Origin: Callorhinchus milii
Taxonomy: Eukaryota
Direction of reading: 5' to 3'
Assembly (NCBI RefSeq): GCF_018977255.1
Contig: NW_024704742.1
Span: 72,418,001 to 72,482,000, forward strand
Length of the DNA stretch: 64,000 bases
Part shown: in pieces, positions 1-14,280 of the stretch
How the letters are laid out: every line of letters begins with the position of its first letter
Position numbering within the stretch: position 1 is the first letter of the stretch
Notes under the pieces: generated by a model
Databases searched by the model: none
What the model saw: the letters and a program-made list of their open reading frames with translations, nothing else
What the model was told of the DNA's origin: nothing
Translations under genes and position numbers: made by a program

Positions 1-868
1 TTGTTCTGGTCTATGTGGAAGTCTTCATGCACAGAGACTGATGGGTATCCTCTCACAGTGGTCTGTGCTGTAGTAAAGGCAACAAACCCTCTGTACATCC
101 TCATCATATTTCTTAGTGCATTATCCTGAACACTCATATGACATATGGATAAAGTGACAACATACGTCTTAAGGGAAAAGTTTTCCAGTGGAAATGGAAC
201 AAGTCAAAATGTCATCAACATGAATAAATTAAAGACAGTGGAAAGATAATTGGAAGAGTACTACTAGAGATCAGAACATTTCAGAAATTGTTATTATTAC
301 ATCCAGAAGATGAACAGGAAACAGATTGATGGTTTATAATTACAAATAAAATGGGAAATGAGGTGGACAAAAGGGACAATTAGAAATTGTTTCACATATC
401 AAACACAAAAAACTCTGATACAAAAAACTACTTAACTATGATCTGAGGGTATAAAGACCAATGAAAAGACCAGTGTAAAAACAATATCTACAATACCACA
501 GTCATTCTTGCTGTCTATGACATTGAAATAAACATAAATGTTCAATGTTAAAAGCAATAGGTTTTCCATAGGGTGAATCCTATTAAACTGAGTTACAATT
601 TTAATTAAAAGTAACAAAAAAATTAACGAATTCAACTTTGTCCACCTTTTAACTATCTTTTACTATTTTTTCCTCCCTATCCTATCATCTGTTTACTCAT
701 TCGCCTATAGTCCTGTCCACCTGCCCCTTTTCGCTTGCTTGGCTTCCAGCTATCCTTTGTGAAGGCACAATAACCATGCCTACAGTGACCTCTCCTTCCC
801 CCGGCTTGATGTTGTGCTCCGCCCGTCAAGCACTCCTGCAAGCTACCCTGCGTGAGGGGCACTATATT

Positions 869-1195
869 GGTGGAGTCCTGTAGCTTAGTGGTTAGAGCAC
901 TCGCTTTGCAAGCGAGAGACCTGAGTTCAATTCCAGGCACAGGGCGAAACCTTGGGCAAGTTTCCTTACTCCACACGCCTAATAATAATCCCTCCAAAAA
1001 AACAAAAAACAATAATAAATTGGTCATTTTCAATCTACGACTGTTTGTGGGACATTGCTGTGCGCAATTGGCTGCCGCGTTCGCCCACAAATATACAGTC
1101 AATTCACTTTACAGTGTGTTCTGTGAAGCGCTTTGGGACGTCCTCCCGACGTGAAAAGCGCTATATCAAATGCAAGGATTATTATTATTATTATA
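869..1195 (+). mobile_element. Young tRNA(Ala-TGC)-derived SINE with DeuSINE-like 3' part and L2-type tail
   Basis: A box TAGCTTAGTGG, anticodon arm CTCGC-TTTGCAA-GCGAG, B box GAGTTCAATTCC, ends GCGCTATATCAAATGCAAGGA(TTA)n; near-identical copies elsewhere in the window. Confidence 0.92.
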
Positions 1196-2329
1196 ATATA
1201 AATAAAAGTTGTTATGATTGTTGTCTTACTTTTTAACTCTAGTTTTACATTTATTAACTTACCCTAGCCCATTCTAAAATTAGATTCAACATCTTCTAGT
1301 CACCTTTCACATGTTCTTTCCCTTCATTTACACTCTCCATTTGTAGGAGGGTGGGAGTTTAGAAGAGCTGCGTTCTCATTGGGCTCAAAGACAGTTTTAC
1401 AGACTAAGAAAAACAACAACAACAACAAAAACTAAATTCAGATTGGATACCAATGTCCATATGTCCTCATGATCACAGAAATACCTATGTCTATTACATA
1501 TGTACCACAATAATTTGAATAGTCTATTGCCACAAGGAATATCAAATGCAAAGGTTATTTTGGGAATTATTTTGTAATTATTTCACAGCCAATGTTGTTC
1601 TCTGAATAGTGGGATGGGGCTTCTCAGCTACAGAGACAGATGGTGCTGAACCTAAAACTCCTGCGTCAAGGCCTTTATGACTGAAGGGAATCCTAAATGG
1701 AATAAAATTACTGTATAGCATTATTTTAACAGAGAAGGGAGTTTCTCCTAGTGTCCTGGTCAACAATCCTCCAAATAAAATTGGTCATTCACCTCCTGGC
1801 ATTAGACATTGCGACCAATTTTGCCTAAAAATACACAGTCACTGCACTTAGCACTGCACTTTCTGTAAAGAAGTTTGAGCCATTTCAATGTAATAGATGC
1901 CACATCAAAAGCAAGGATGACCTGGCTGAGTGCTCTAAATTTCACGCCAGTGCTGTAAACTGCTTGACAGCCAATACTTTATCACTCGTGCTCAATCCAA
2001 TTCTGTTACATTATGCCATCTAACCATTTTAAGAGTCATCTGGATGTTCTTATATTGCATATTGGCTGAATACTCTGCTTCAAAGCTCTGGGATGATAGG
2101 AATATTAAAAGGACAGCAACTCCCGTCTCTAGTGGTGACCCCCCTCCCAAATACACTTGCAGACCCTCTACATATTTGTTTATAAAGAATCCATTGATCA
2201 GTGAAGGATCTTTCCATCATTTCTAATCCTCCATCTCTGAGAGATAAGTGTTTCATGATTATGGATGTCTTCTCTCAGCAATGGATGTTGCGCTTTCCTC
2301 TTTTTTGCTTTGGTCATCAGGAGTTTGAC

Positions 2330-3870
2330 ACATATGGAAACCTATCACCATTTTTTCCGCCCCTAGAAAAAGCTTCACCCTGAGCCCCTCACAAATGCCC
2401 TCTCTTCCTCGGACGTCCTCTCCCCCTGGCCCTCCACCCGCAGAGATTCTGATGCTGAATGACCATCCCTCCACAACCTTCAATTTCCTGGCTCCCCTGA
2501 AATCCAGGGTTGTTTCCAAACCCACCCGCTCCCCCTGGTACAATGGTCATCTCCACTCACTCAAAACACAAACCTGGATGCTCGAGCGCAAATGGCAGAA
2601 ATCCGGCCTCACAATTCCACTGCCAGCTGTGGCTCAAGCATCTCCTCACCTACCGCCTTTCTCTTTTCACAGGCCAAAACTAACTTTTACTCCAAAGTCA
2701 TCCTGGAGGCAAACAACAACCCAAAGACGCTGTTTTCCACCATCGATCGCCTCCTCCGTGCACCCCCTCAAGCCCCCTCTATCCTCACATCAAACGTCAA
2801 GTGAGAAGAAGTCCTACTTCATCGCTTCAAAATTTGAAAACATCCATTTGGCTGCATCGTCCCCCAGTCCCCTTCCACCCCACCCAAACCATCCACACTG
2901 CCTTCTCCCTCCAGCATGGCTCCTGCCACTCTCCCCTCCTTACACTCCTTTGCCCCCATTTCTCCCTCCTTCCTCTCAACCACAATCACCTGGATGAAGT
3001 TCACCACCTGCTGCCTCGACCCCCTCCACACCCAGCTGCTGGTCACTCAACTTCCCCCTCCTTTCCCCCCTGCTGGTCAACCAGTCTCTCTCCTCAGGCT
3101 CTGTTTCACTCCCCTTGCAAACCGCTGTCATCACACCCCTCCTCAAAAAACCACCCTCGATCTCTCTAATCTGTCACACTACCATCCCATCTCTGACCTT
3201 CTCTCCCTTGCCAAGGTCCTGGATCCCATTGTTGCAGGTCAACTTTGGTCACACCTCTCCCTCCACTCCTCCTCGAGCCCCTGCAGTCTGGTCTTCGCCC
3301 TTTGCACAGCATAGAAACAGATCTTGTCAAGGACACAAACAACGTCCTCTCTATCTGTGACCAGGGCTCCACCTGCCTCCTCGTCTTCCGGGATCTCTCT
3401 GCCGTGTTCGATATAATCGACTACGCCATCCTCCTCCACCGTCTCTCCTCTCTCATCCAACTTAATGGGACTGCACTCGAGTCCTACTTAACCAACCGTC
3501 TCCACTTCATCTTGGCAAATAGTTTCTCCTCCCGCCCCCGCCGGGTCACATGCGAGGTACCCCAGGCCTCCATCCTTAGCCCTCTTCTTTTCCTTATTTA
3601 TATGCTCTCTCCATCATCCACAGACACGGGTAAACTTCCACATGTATGTGGATGACACACAAATCTACTTTGCCTCTTCCAGTACCAACTCCAGGTCGTC
3701 CGATGTTCTATCAGCTTGTCTGGCAGACATCAAGGTCTGGGTGAGTGTAAACTTCCTATAGCTGAATATGGACAAGATGGAAGCCATACTTCTTGACTCC
3801 CATCAATGTCTTCACTCCTGCGGATCTGAACTCCTCAACCTCCCTGGGCTCTCCCTTACACTCATCAAAC
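2330..3870 (+). mobile_element. L2-clade LINE ORF2 fragment, lineage B
   Basis: SPWYN, CLDPL, QSGLRPLHSIET, DLSAVFDIID, EVPQASILSPLLF; frameshifted. Confidence 0.88.
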
Positions 3871-5994
3871 CAAATACAAGATTTGAGGATTCCAAATGGC
3901 ATTGGGGTTAGTAACTGATCTGCTCTTCCTATTCATGCCATGTTGGCTGACCTGCCATCAATTCTGCCTTAGAGCACTAAGGACCTGTGTGTTTCAGGAA
4001 TTAGACTACAGAGGCTGCCACAGAGGATTGACTCAATTGCAATATTCCATTGTATGTACGCCACCCTGGAGCCAGCTCAGCCCCAAAGAGACCTTGCTAC
4101 CTTTCCAGGAGGATGGTCCAGTTGTAGAGTACATACTAAACACCTTCTACATATGCAATACACTTTTCAATTGATGTTGACATGCTACTCACAGCAGAAA
4201 TTGTGCCCACTGCTTTTTTATGATGCACGAGAAGATTGCTTTGAAAAAATATGTATTTTCCATTTCAAATAGTTGGGACTTTCTGGATAAGGTTTTTGCT
4301 TGGACAAAACCATGATCATTTCCTTGTGTTACTTGAATGCTTTTCTCGGGGGTACAGAGTCCCCTTCTTGTGCTCTGGTTCTTTAAGCCTTGAAGTTAAT
4401 TTTCCTTCTTGCCACGTTTTGAGGTTATTAACTTATTTTTGGCAACAAGACCGAAGCATGTTATTGGTTTCTTTTCAAAATCATAGTCTAGCAGTGAATT
4501 TGCTGCTCAACATTGTCATGAGCCTTTAATTTTACAAATTGTTTGACGAAAGAAGGCTATCTCTGTTAACTTCTTAACATTATGTTGAACCTTTATTTCT
4601 AGTAGTGACATATGATTTTCCATTCAATAACATCCATAAATCAGCAGGGTAAATTAAAATGTTTTATTGCAAAAATATGCACTTGGTAAGTAAAAATACA
4701 TTTACTGCATATCACTGTCTAAAATGTTTTAATGCCCATGAAGTGAAGTATCACCCCATAGGCCTTAACCCCCATCTTGGATTCCATCCCATGACATCCA
4801 TTGGATATCCTACTAAGATGGTCAGGTTTGGCAGGAAGTGTAAAACCTTGTACTGCCTAAGAAAATAATTTTTAAAAAAATATATACTTACTTTTTCACT
4901 TTAAACTTCCAGAAGCTGCTTTGGCTCAATGTTTTACTATTTTTTATTTAAAAAATCCATGTCAGCAAGTTCTTACATTTTCGAAACCACGAGTGTTAGA
5001 GAGCAAGGAGACAGACAAAAGCCTCATTTGTATACTTTTTCTTTCATTGAATATGGGCACATATTTGAGTATTTGTATAAAGAAAAACTTTCAGAAAGTT
5101 CCGAAAAAACATAGCCTAATACCAATGTTTTCAAAATCAGTTCCAAGATTCAGTTAAACTTCATAATTCGAGTTGAAGCAAGCAAACTTTACAAAATGTT
5201 TCAAATTGAACAATACGAGATGTCCTGCAGAGAAACTAATGGAAAAAGGGATTGGTGTAGAATACCAAACATTTGGCAGTACCACTTTCCAGAATGCAAC
5301 ACAAATGATGTAATGCTGCTACAGTGGCAGGAATCAGAGTCAGCCGCAGACAATTGTTGATGTTATAAGTTTCCATTAATCCCCATCGTCTCCAGTCCAG
5401 AAAGTCGAGTAGTCGTCCACATTTGTTGTTTTTTATGTGTTTGAATGTGCTGTGAGCTGATGCATTTACTGTAAAGCGTAGTGACAGTGAATTTGTAGGT
5501 AAACGTCACAGACCAATTGTGCACAACAATGTCCCACAAACAGCCATAAAGTAAATGAACAAGTGAATGGGGGGTTGTTGACCAGGACACTGCCCCAAGG
5601 TACTTTTCAAATATTCTCAAGGGATCTTTAATGTCCACTTGAACAGACAAACAGGACTTCAATTTAATATCTCTCATGAACAATGGTATCTTTAACAATG
5701 CAGCATCCTCGCCCAGCACTTGTATTGAAGTATAAGCCTGAATTCTGAGCTCCTGTGGTACATGGATGGGACAGAACTTGTCAAGGGAAAGTTGAAAGAG
5801 ATCTATGGATGTTAGTTGACCCATTGCTCATCATATCAAATCGGTTTGAGGCAGCAATAAACAAGAATGTTAAGCCATATTACCACATCCGTTGAGTTCA
5901 GATCCCATTAAGTCTTACTCAGGCTGCGGGGACTCTGGTCAGGTCTAGAGTACGGATACAGTTTGCGTCACCGTGATATAAAAGCAACAAGTTT

Positions 5995-6260
5995 GATCCC
6001 CATTATTAGAGGAATGAGCTATGATGAGTACTTAAAAAAGCTAGGGCTCTTCAGTCTTGATAAGAAATTCCTCGGAGAGCACCTATATTAGATTTTAAAT
6101 GAGATCTAAAAAGTAAATGAAATGTAAACTCAGACAATTTGTTAGGATGAACCAGGATAGCAGAACAAGAGAGCAAGGGTTTAGAGTTGCAAAACGTAAC
6201 TTCAGGATGGACACTGGGAAGGTTTCTTTTTTATCCAGAGGGTAATTAACAAGTGGAACA
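5995..6260 (+). mobile_element. CR1 LINE 3' fragment; others at ~13660-13810, 17790-18190(-), 25560-25690, 26790-27010, 40890-41430(-), 42660-42830(-)
   Basis: MSYDEYLKKLGLFSL, RTR, and FF..RVINKWN-type CR1 C-terminal motifs; [29 protein letters not shown] at ~42.7 kb. Confidence 0.7.
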
Positions 6261-6619
6261 TAGTATAATACACAATATAATTGTGAAATATATGGCTTGA
6301 TTTGTATTTTGTGAACATTATGTTAGAAACTCACTTCGAAATGTTTCCTACAAAACAAGCAATGCCAACCAATCGTCTGCAACTGTTTACAGAGCAATCT
6401 GCACAAAACACAGAAAGCAGCACAGAAATGCCACTCCAGTCCAATCTCTACCTTTCTCGCAACCGCCCAGCAACATAGCATGTATACGAAGAAAACACAG
6501 CACAGCTGCCCAATATTCGTATGCTGATAAGCTCTAGTTTAGATCAATACGTTTCATTAAGATGAATAGTATATTTCATACCTATAATGTAAACATAAAA
6601 TAAAATATGAAACTTTTGT

Positions 6620-7540
6620 TTATGCCTTCATCACCTTCAGGCTCGACTATGCAAACGCCCTGCTTGTCGGTCTTCCCAACTCCTCTCTCCACAGGCTGCA
6701 GATAATCCAACAACAACAGCAACTTGGATTTATATAGCGTCCTCCACGCTGGACGGCGTCTCAGAACGCTTTACAGTAACGGATCCCGAAGGGAGTGAGG
6801 AAGGGAATTCCAGAGCCTCGGGGCATAATGGCTGAATGCACGGCTGCCGAAGGTGGAGCTGAGGACTCAGGGGACAAGGAGGAGGCCAGACCCGAGGAAC
6901 AAAGGCAGCAGGCACTGTTTTGAGGAGGGAGGAGGTCAGAGAGGCAGGGGGTGTGGAGGAGTGGAGGGATTCAAAGACAAGGGTGAGGATCTTGAAATCA
7001 ATCCTCTCCGGGACAGGCAGCCAGTGCAGTCTGGCAAGGACTGGGGTAATTGGGGTAATCCAGAACTCTGCAGCCCGTGTCCTCTCCCCCACCAAGCTCC
7101 GTGACCCCATCTCCCCCACCCTCGCCCAACTCCATTGGTTCCCCATCCTTCAGAGGATCCTGGTCCTCACCTACAAAGCCCTCCATGGTCTCGCCACAAC
7201 CTATCTCTGCGACCTCCTAACCCCCGACCAACCCGCCCGCTCCCTCCGCTCACTGCTCCACGTCCCCCGACCCACCCGCCCCACCATTGACAGGAGAGCC
7301 TTCAGCCACTCTGCCCCTAACCTCTGGAATTCCATCCCCAAGTCACTCCGCCTCGCCCCCTCCTTAGCCTCCTTCAAGTCCCGCCTCAAGACCCTCCTCT
7401 TCGACCATGCCATTGGCCACCCCCCTTCCCCTCCCCCTCCGACCCCAGCTCGGGTCTGAAATGCTGTGCACTGTCCAGCGCCTTGGGACGCTCTCCAGAC
7501 GTGAAAGGCGCTATACAAATGTAATCTTGTTGTTGTTGTT
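6620..7540 (+). mobile_element. L2 lineage A 3' end containing a nested antisense L2 (6710-7054)
   Basis: [22 protein letters not shown], tail GCGCCTTGGGACG...AAAGGCGCTATACAAATGTAA(TTG)n; nested copy flanked by a TAATCCA duplication. Confidence 0.88.
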
Positions 7541-7899
7541 GAATCTGGGCCATGTAGACGGGGAGATACTAAGTTGGCTCCCTGATGTGTGATAAGTTAG
7601 CTGATCTCCACTGAGATGCTACAATTGGTTTAATTGCCGATGACTCCATGTACTTCAGAAATAAATTAACCCAACCATGGTTCTCATTCTAGTGTCTAGT
7701 TGCTATCCTAAGTACAAGTGGTTAAATGTGAGGTTGAGCATGTTTGTTGGAGACACCCCACATAGTTGAATAGCCTACTTAATATCAATATCAATATTAA
7801 TTCATATCAGTTAATAATATTAACTTGTTAATTAATGTTATATAATATAATATTATATAATATATAATATACAACATTAATTGTCTATACCCCCGTCTG

Positions 7900-8855
7900 T
7901 AGGGCTCTTTTTGCCTCCTTGTCCTCCTGGATCTCTCTGCCAAATTTGACACAGCCATCCTCCTCCACCACCTCTCCTCCCTCATCCACCTTACTGGGAC
8001 CACACTCGCATGGTTCGAGTCCTACTTGACCAACCACCTCCACTTCATCTCAGCAAATGGATTCTTCTCGCGCCCCTGCCCGGTCACCTGCGGGGTACCC
8101 CAGGGCTCCATCCTTGGCCCTCTTCTTTTGCTCATCTACATCCTCCCTCTTGGAGATGACATCCGCAGGCATGGGGTAAACTTCCATATGTATGCGGATG
8201 ACATACAAATCTACTTTGCCTCCTCCAGCATTGACTCCAGGTCCACAGATGTTCTATCAGCTTGTATGGCAGACATCAGGGGCTGGATGAGTGCAAACGT
8301 CCTGCAGCTGCATGTGGACATGACGGAAGCCATACTCTTTGGCTTCCATCAATGTTTTCACTCCTGCTGATCTAAATTCCTCAACCTTCCTGGGCTCTCC
8401 CTCAGACTCACCGAACCAGTGCGCAACCTAGTCTGAGTCTGATTCGACCCCATACTGTCCTTCCTCCCCCACATCCGGTCCCTGACCAGGATTACCTTCC
8501 TCCACCTCCATCACATTGCCCACCTCCAAACTTACCTTACCCCAAATGCAGCCAAAACCTTTGGGCATGTGTTTGTCACCTCCTGCCTGGATTACACAAA
8601 TGCACTCCTGGGCGGGCTCCCCAGCTTCACTATTCAAAAGATCCAGATCATTCAGAACTCTGCTGCTCACATACTGACCCGGACCAAACTCCGTACCCAC
8701 ATCTCACCAGTTCTGGCCAGGCTCCACTGGCTCCCCATCACCGAACGGATCGACTTCAAGATCCTCACACTTGTGTTCAAATCCATTTACTCCCTGACAC
8801 CTCCCTACCTCTCCAACCTCCTCACTCTCCAATCCACCACCTGGTGCCTCCGCTC
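7900..8855 (+). mobile_element. L2 RT fragment, lineage B
   Basis: GVPQGSILGPLLL, MYADDIQIY, LDYTNALL, LHWLPITERIDFK. Confidence 0.88.
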
Positions 8856-11800
8856 GATGTATTTGGTACATTGCATTTTAGACCCAGCTAATGAAACCTC
8901 TATTGATAACAAAGCTTTGAAACACAAGATCACAAGGGAGGTTTGACTCTCATCCCATTGTTTGTCTTCAAATCCACAATGACTACAAAGGGAAAATCAT
9001 GTGAAGCTCTTTGGGAAGTACTGATGATGTGATAAGGGGCTATATCAAATGCAAGGATTATTGTTATTATTACTACGCTTTCAGAATATCCACCCCAACA
9101 GTCCTGCTGTCACAGCCTCAAGCTCTTTCTCAAATGTTCCCAACATCCAGGTGTCAACCACTCTTCCTCATTTGTCTACAAATAAAGTCATTAAAACTTT
9201 ACAGAAATTATCTGAGATATACTTTGAGATGCCTTGGGACGTCCTCCCGACGTGAAAGGCTCTCTATAAATGGAATCTTGTTGTTGTTGTGTTGTTGTTT
9301 GATCACAAATGCTATATCAAATGCAATTCTTGTGATTAAATCTGATGATGAATGAGACTAAGAGACATTTGGAAGAAAGAGCACTTTTCAACTCTTGAAT
9401 CTCCAAATAAATTAAACTGTAACTTTGTTAGGTTTTGCTTTGGTGCACATATTCTGTTGCAGTTCTCAAAGAGTTAATGGTCTACATTTAGAAGTCAGCA
9501 TTCCAGTTTTATAGTTACGCAATGGATTTTATCTAAACTGGGCTTCAGGCAGCTCATTTGTAGCCAAAAGTCTTTGCTGTCTGATATGGACAGGGATTGC
9601 TAAATGCAGCATCTTGCCAAGAGTAAGGCCAGCCTTTTGCAAAATGGATCTTGTGGTACATGCTGCAGTGGTAAATGTCTGCTATACATAATAGTTCTTC
9701 TCGGCTACTTGCTGTATTTCTTAGGTTAAAAGTTTGGATTGAGGAAAGCTATATCAAATTGCCATAGACAAGTCTATTTACTCTGTAAACAAAAGTCCAC
9801 CTGTCTAGATATAATTCTCAGCAAATAAATGGAAAATTACACATGTTAAGAAAGGTTGACTGTAAAATGGCTCAGTCCCTTTTGGCTATATTTAGCAGAC
9901 AGAAAGAGACAGCAGCCAATGTACATATTTATCGACAAACTATATATATATCTACATATATTGGACAAACATCAGAATAGAGGCTTAATTATGTCACAAA
10001 ACAGGGTTACATCTATATCTGTATATTGACTGATAACACACAATACTCTTAGGCTGTTAGGCAGAAAGTTCTATTGTATTTTCAAATGCTTACTCAGAAC
10101 TTCCGCAAGCTAAATGGTAGTTGAACTATAAATATTTTACAATAATCACACTCTGAAGATATTAAGGTTCCTGTTTAACCCATTGATAGACAGCATTATT
10201 TTGTTCTACTGACTGTCTCAAGGTTTCACAACCTTTCCTCTAAAAGCTTTCATCGCATCACCTATGGCATATCTCAGAGTTCTGTCTTTGGTCTTCTTTT
10301 CTATATGATTCCTGTTGGAGACAATATCTATAGAGATAGGTTAGTTTCTACATGTATGCCGATAATACCTAGCTCTACCAGGCAGGTTGCTGTTTGACAG
10401 TCTGCTTGTCAGATGTCAAGACCTGGATAAGCCTGGACTTCCTACAAGTAAATATCAACAAAACTGAAGCCTTCCTGTTTGATTCCTGGCAGCACCTTCT
10501 CAACTCCGCTTCTTTTTCATTTTGACTTTTTTTTCTCACTTTATATGTAGTAAGTGTTTCTATTCGCTTGCCTCTCATGCACATATTCCCATCTCTGTTA
10601 TATTGGCAAGACTCATATGGTGAGAGAAAACAGCTGCCACATCGTCAGCCTCCTGATATAACGTCACTCATGAGACCCCTTCTGTACAGCAGTGTACGGC
10701 TGCTTTTCTAACATCCTGAGGCACTTCATAGCAATAGGTTTGCACTTAAAGGCTGCTGTGTGAGATTGAACCAGTGAGAGGGATGTGCTCGCTGAATGTC
10801 ATTGAATGGCATATAGGAAAACAATATTTGATTTGGTCTGTTTCAGATTAGGAACTACACATTCATACAAGCTGTTTGGCTAACTGGCAAGGTAATACTG
10901 TAAGCTTTGTGTCCACAGATCTCATGTGAATTTAATACTTAATACTTAATCCCCAATCGGGAGATTTTCATTATACAGAATTAAACTCTTTAAAAAAAGC
11001 CCAGATGTTTTAGAAGCTGCAGCTCCGTGAAAACTTAATGATTTAACATTAATTCACAGAAGGTCTCCAGCTCTATGAAGCATATTTCAGCTGAGAGAAT
11101 AGGACAATCCATTTTTTCCATTGTTCTATTTATTTCCCCTCCACCATTCCGTAGAAATCTGTTCCCACATTCATGGTGCATTTGTGTTTGAATTGTTCAT
11201 GAGTAAAGGGGGGAATACATAAGCGAATTACACATTAACTCCTCTCTTCATTAGACTATGACAAATAAAAAAAAATCTTGAAAACAGCTCTGTTGCTGCG
11301 ACCATGTTTTGTGTGTAATGGCGTTTCAGGTTTGAGAACTTAGCTTTATGTCTAATAATATCTAATAATACCTAATAATAATCCTTGCATTTGATAAAAC
11401 ACTTTATTACATCATCGAGACATGTCAAAGCTCTTCACAGGATATATGTAAAGTAGTGTGACAGCATGAATTTGTGTGCGAACAGGGCAGCCAATTTGTG
11501 CCCAGCAATGTCCCACAAACATCATTCCCGTTGCTCTTTCATAAAAGTGAATAGTAGAAGGATGTGAATAGAATATCACTTACAGGAAGCAAAAAGAACC
11601 ATTTGATCCATTTGACTAAGACCACATTAAATGCCCTGGTGCATATTGCATATGCAGATGTAGAAATGCACTACATTTTGAGACATTGCTAAGGGCATTC
11701 AAAGAATGATACATGAGAAGAGGTGGAGTGCCACAGTCAACTACTCTATCTAAATACTGTATTCTGGTATTGTGTTCATAGTTCAAATTCACTTAGAAGC

Positions 11801-13854
11801 TGCCTAAGAACCTACCAAGACACATGTCGGGAGAAAGGACCAGTGGGATTGGGTTGGCTGGATGCCTCCTCTGGTTGCATATAAAGGTGAGGGATGAGTG
11901 ATGGTGCTAAATAATAGCCTCACCCCAGAATCAGAGATTGTTATAGCACAGAAACTGTGATGAGCTAAATTTAAAACAGAGAAGTTCAAGCCCTGGGCTT
12001 GAACCAGATCAGAAGTCTTCCTCTCTTTCTCTGTAGCTTGTGTCCTGTAGCTTCTGTCTAGCTTATTTTATAAGAGTTTGCAGTCACCTACAAAAGCCCC
12101 ATGTCTTGAGTTGGAAGGATCCAATCTCACCCGAGTTCAAAACCTTTTATTTCCAAAAGAAAACTTCCTTTTCTTGGCAGGATATTTTTTGTGTTCTGAG
12201 TCTCTGGGCAGTGGTGTAGTGTAAATCTGACAGCAGCAGCTTTCATCTACAGATACTACAGAGATGGGCGTTGATTTCTTTCCTTTGAAAATTTTCCATC
12301 ATGCAGCTCGGCACATCTCCCAGGCTCACAGCGGTAGTCATTGACACTCTCGTATTCCAAGGACAAGCAAACAGTTCACTGAAGCGATAAACAAAAAATC
12401 CTTTGTCCCTGTCTCCTAGTGTTTATGTCCCAATGAATTGGCTCAGGTCTCATGTCATAACATCTTTAGTGCTAATAAATCTTTTTTTTAAAAAAATGCC
12501 CCAAATACTTCACAGGTATATCAGTTCTGAATCGCTGTGTAGTTTTATTTTATTTGAATTTATGGCTATTACTTGGAAGTTGAACTAGGACATCAAGAGC
12601 ATCAAATGGCATCTTAAACAGCTAAAGAGTATGTCACAGTTGAAGTCTAGTGCTGGGGGAGCACTGAGTTGTCAGAGATGTTGTGCTTTGAATGAGACAA
12701 TAAATGGAGGTCCTGTCTATCTGTTCAGATGAATGTTAAAGATCCCACGGTACTATTTCAATAGAAAAAAAGAGTTTCTCCTGGTGGTCTCGCTGACAAT
12801 CCTCCAGATTAATTTTCATGGCTGTTTGTCAGACATTGCTGTGGACAAATTAGCTGTATTAATCTCCTACATTTATACAGTCACTACACTTTACAGAAAT
12901 TCGCTGTGAACTCTTGTACTTTGATATGTTTCATTATTATTGGTGCTATACAAATACAAGGATTATTATTGTTAATTATTATTATGATTATAACTCATCT
13001 AGTTTGGTATTGACAAAACAAGAATTGTTAACAGGCAATAAGCATGTTAATCCATCACAGCATGATCTTGCTTCATTTGAACAGATCAAAATCTCATTAA
13101 AGATCAAAGAATCACAAGATAACAAGATTGGTCTGGATCTGATCTCATCCCTCCAGAACATCCAACCTATCTCCCACACATCACTGTCTCAAGCTGGTGT
13201 CTTTAATTCTACCACCTTTCTCAGCAACCTGTTTCGGTCATTGATTTACCCTCCGCATAAAGAAAACTTCCTGAAATCTGTCCGGAAATTGCCCTTTCAA
13301 TCTCCGTGCTTCCCCCCCCTACCCTCCTTACCCTCCACCCTCCCCGACCCCCACCCCCAGCTCAGGTCCGAAACTCTCTGTCCAGCACCTTGGGACATCC
13401 TCCTGATGTGAAAGGCGCTATACAAATGTAATTTTGTTGTTGTTGTTATGCATTAATACAGGACACTGCAACCCACAGTGTAAGGAGTTAACATGTGAGT
13501 GTATTGTGTTTCCATGGCATTTCAGAATGGCTCTTTTGATGCATTTTATTTCATTGTTTCAATTTTATTTCATTATTTTCAATTCAGCGCCTTAAGACGT
13601 CCTTCTGACGTGAAAGGCGTTATACAAATGTAATTTATTGTTTGTTGTTTATCTATTTTCTTTGAAACATCCTATAACAGAGGATGGTGGAAATTTGGAG
13701 TTCTCTGGTACAAAGCTTTGATAAAGCAGAGATCCTAAATTATTTTTAAAAAGGATTAGACATATGTTTCAAAAGAAGAAATATGAAAGGTTGAGGGAGG
13801 GAGCAAGACCATGGATTAAATTCAGTGCTTTAGGTGGATTAAAAACACCATGAA

Positions 13855-14280
13855 GAACAACAAATTGCATCTATACAGCGCCTTTCACATCACAAGGACA
13901 TCCCAAGGCGCTGGACAATGAAGGGTTTGCACCTGAGTTGCGAGTTGGAATCGAGGGGTGGAGGGTAAGGAGGGTAGGGAGATGAACGAAGGCATGGTCA
14001 AAGAGGAGGTTCTTGAGGTGGGTCTTGAAGCAGGCAAGGGAGGAGGCGAGGCAGAGGGACTGCAGGAAGGAGTTCCAGAGGGTGGGGGCAGAGTGGTGGA
14101 AGACCCGCCCGCCAATAGTGGGGCGAGCGAGGCGGGGGACGTGAAGCAGGCCGGAGCCCGCTGAGTGGAGGGAGTGAGCAAGGTGGTAGGGAGTTAGGAG
14201 GTCACAGAGGTAGGGGGGAGCAAGTCCGTGGAGGTCTTTGAAGGTGAGGACCAGGATCTTGAACTGTATCCTCTGTGTGA
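13855..14280 (-). mobile_element. L2 lineage A 3' end
   Basis: RIQFKILVLTFK..APPYLCDLL..APTLWNS plus the shared tail. Confidence 0.85.

Noticed and set aside
869..945. tRNA-Ala(TGC) gene
   Set aside because: It is the head of a multi-copy SINE: no proper acceptor stem, and it runs into the SINE body.
677..1236. Recurring ORFs (MTVYLW..., MGKFPYS...) also at 39.2 and 63.6 kb
   Set aside because: Translations of SINE copies, not a gene family.
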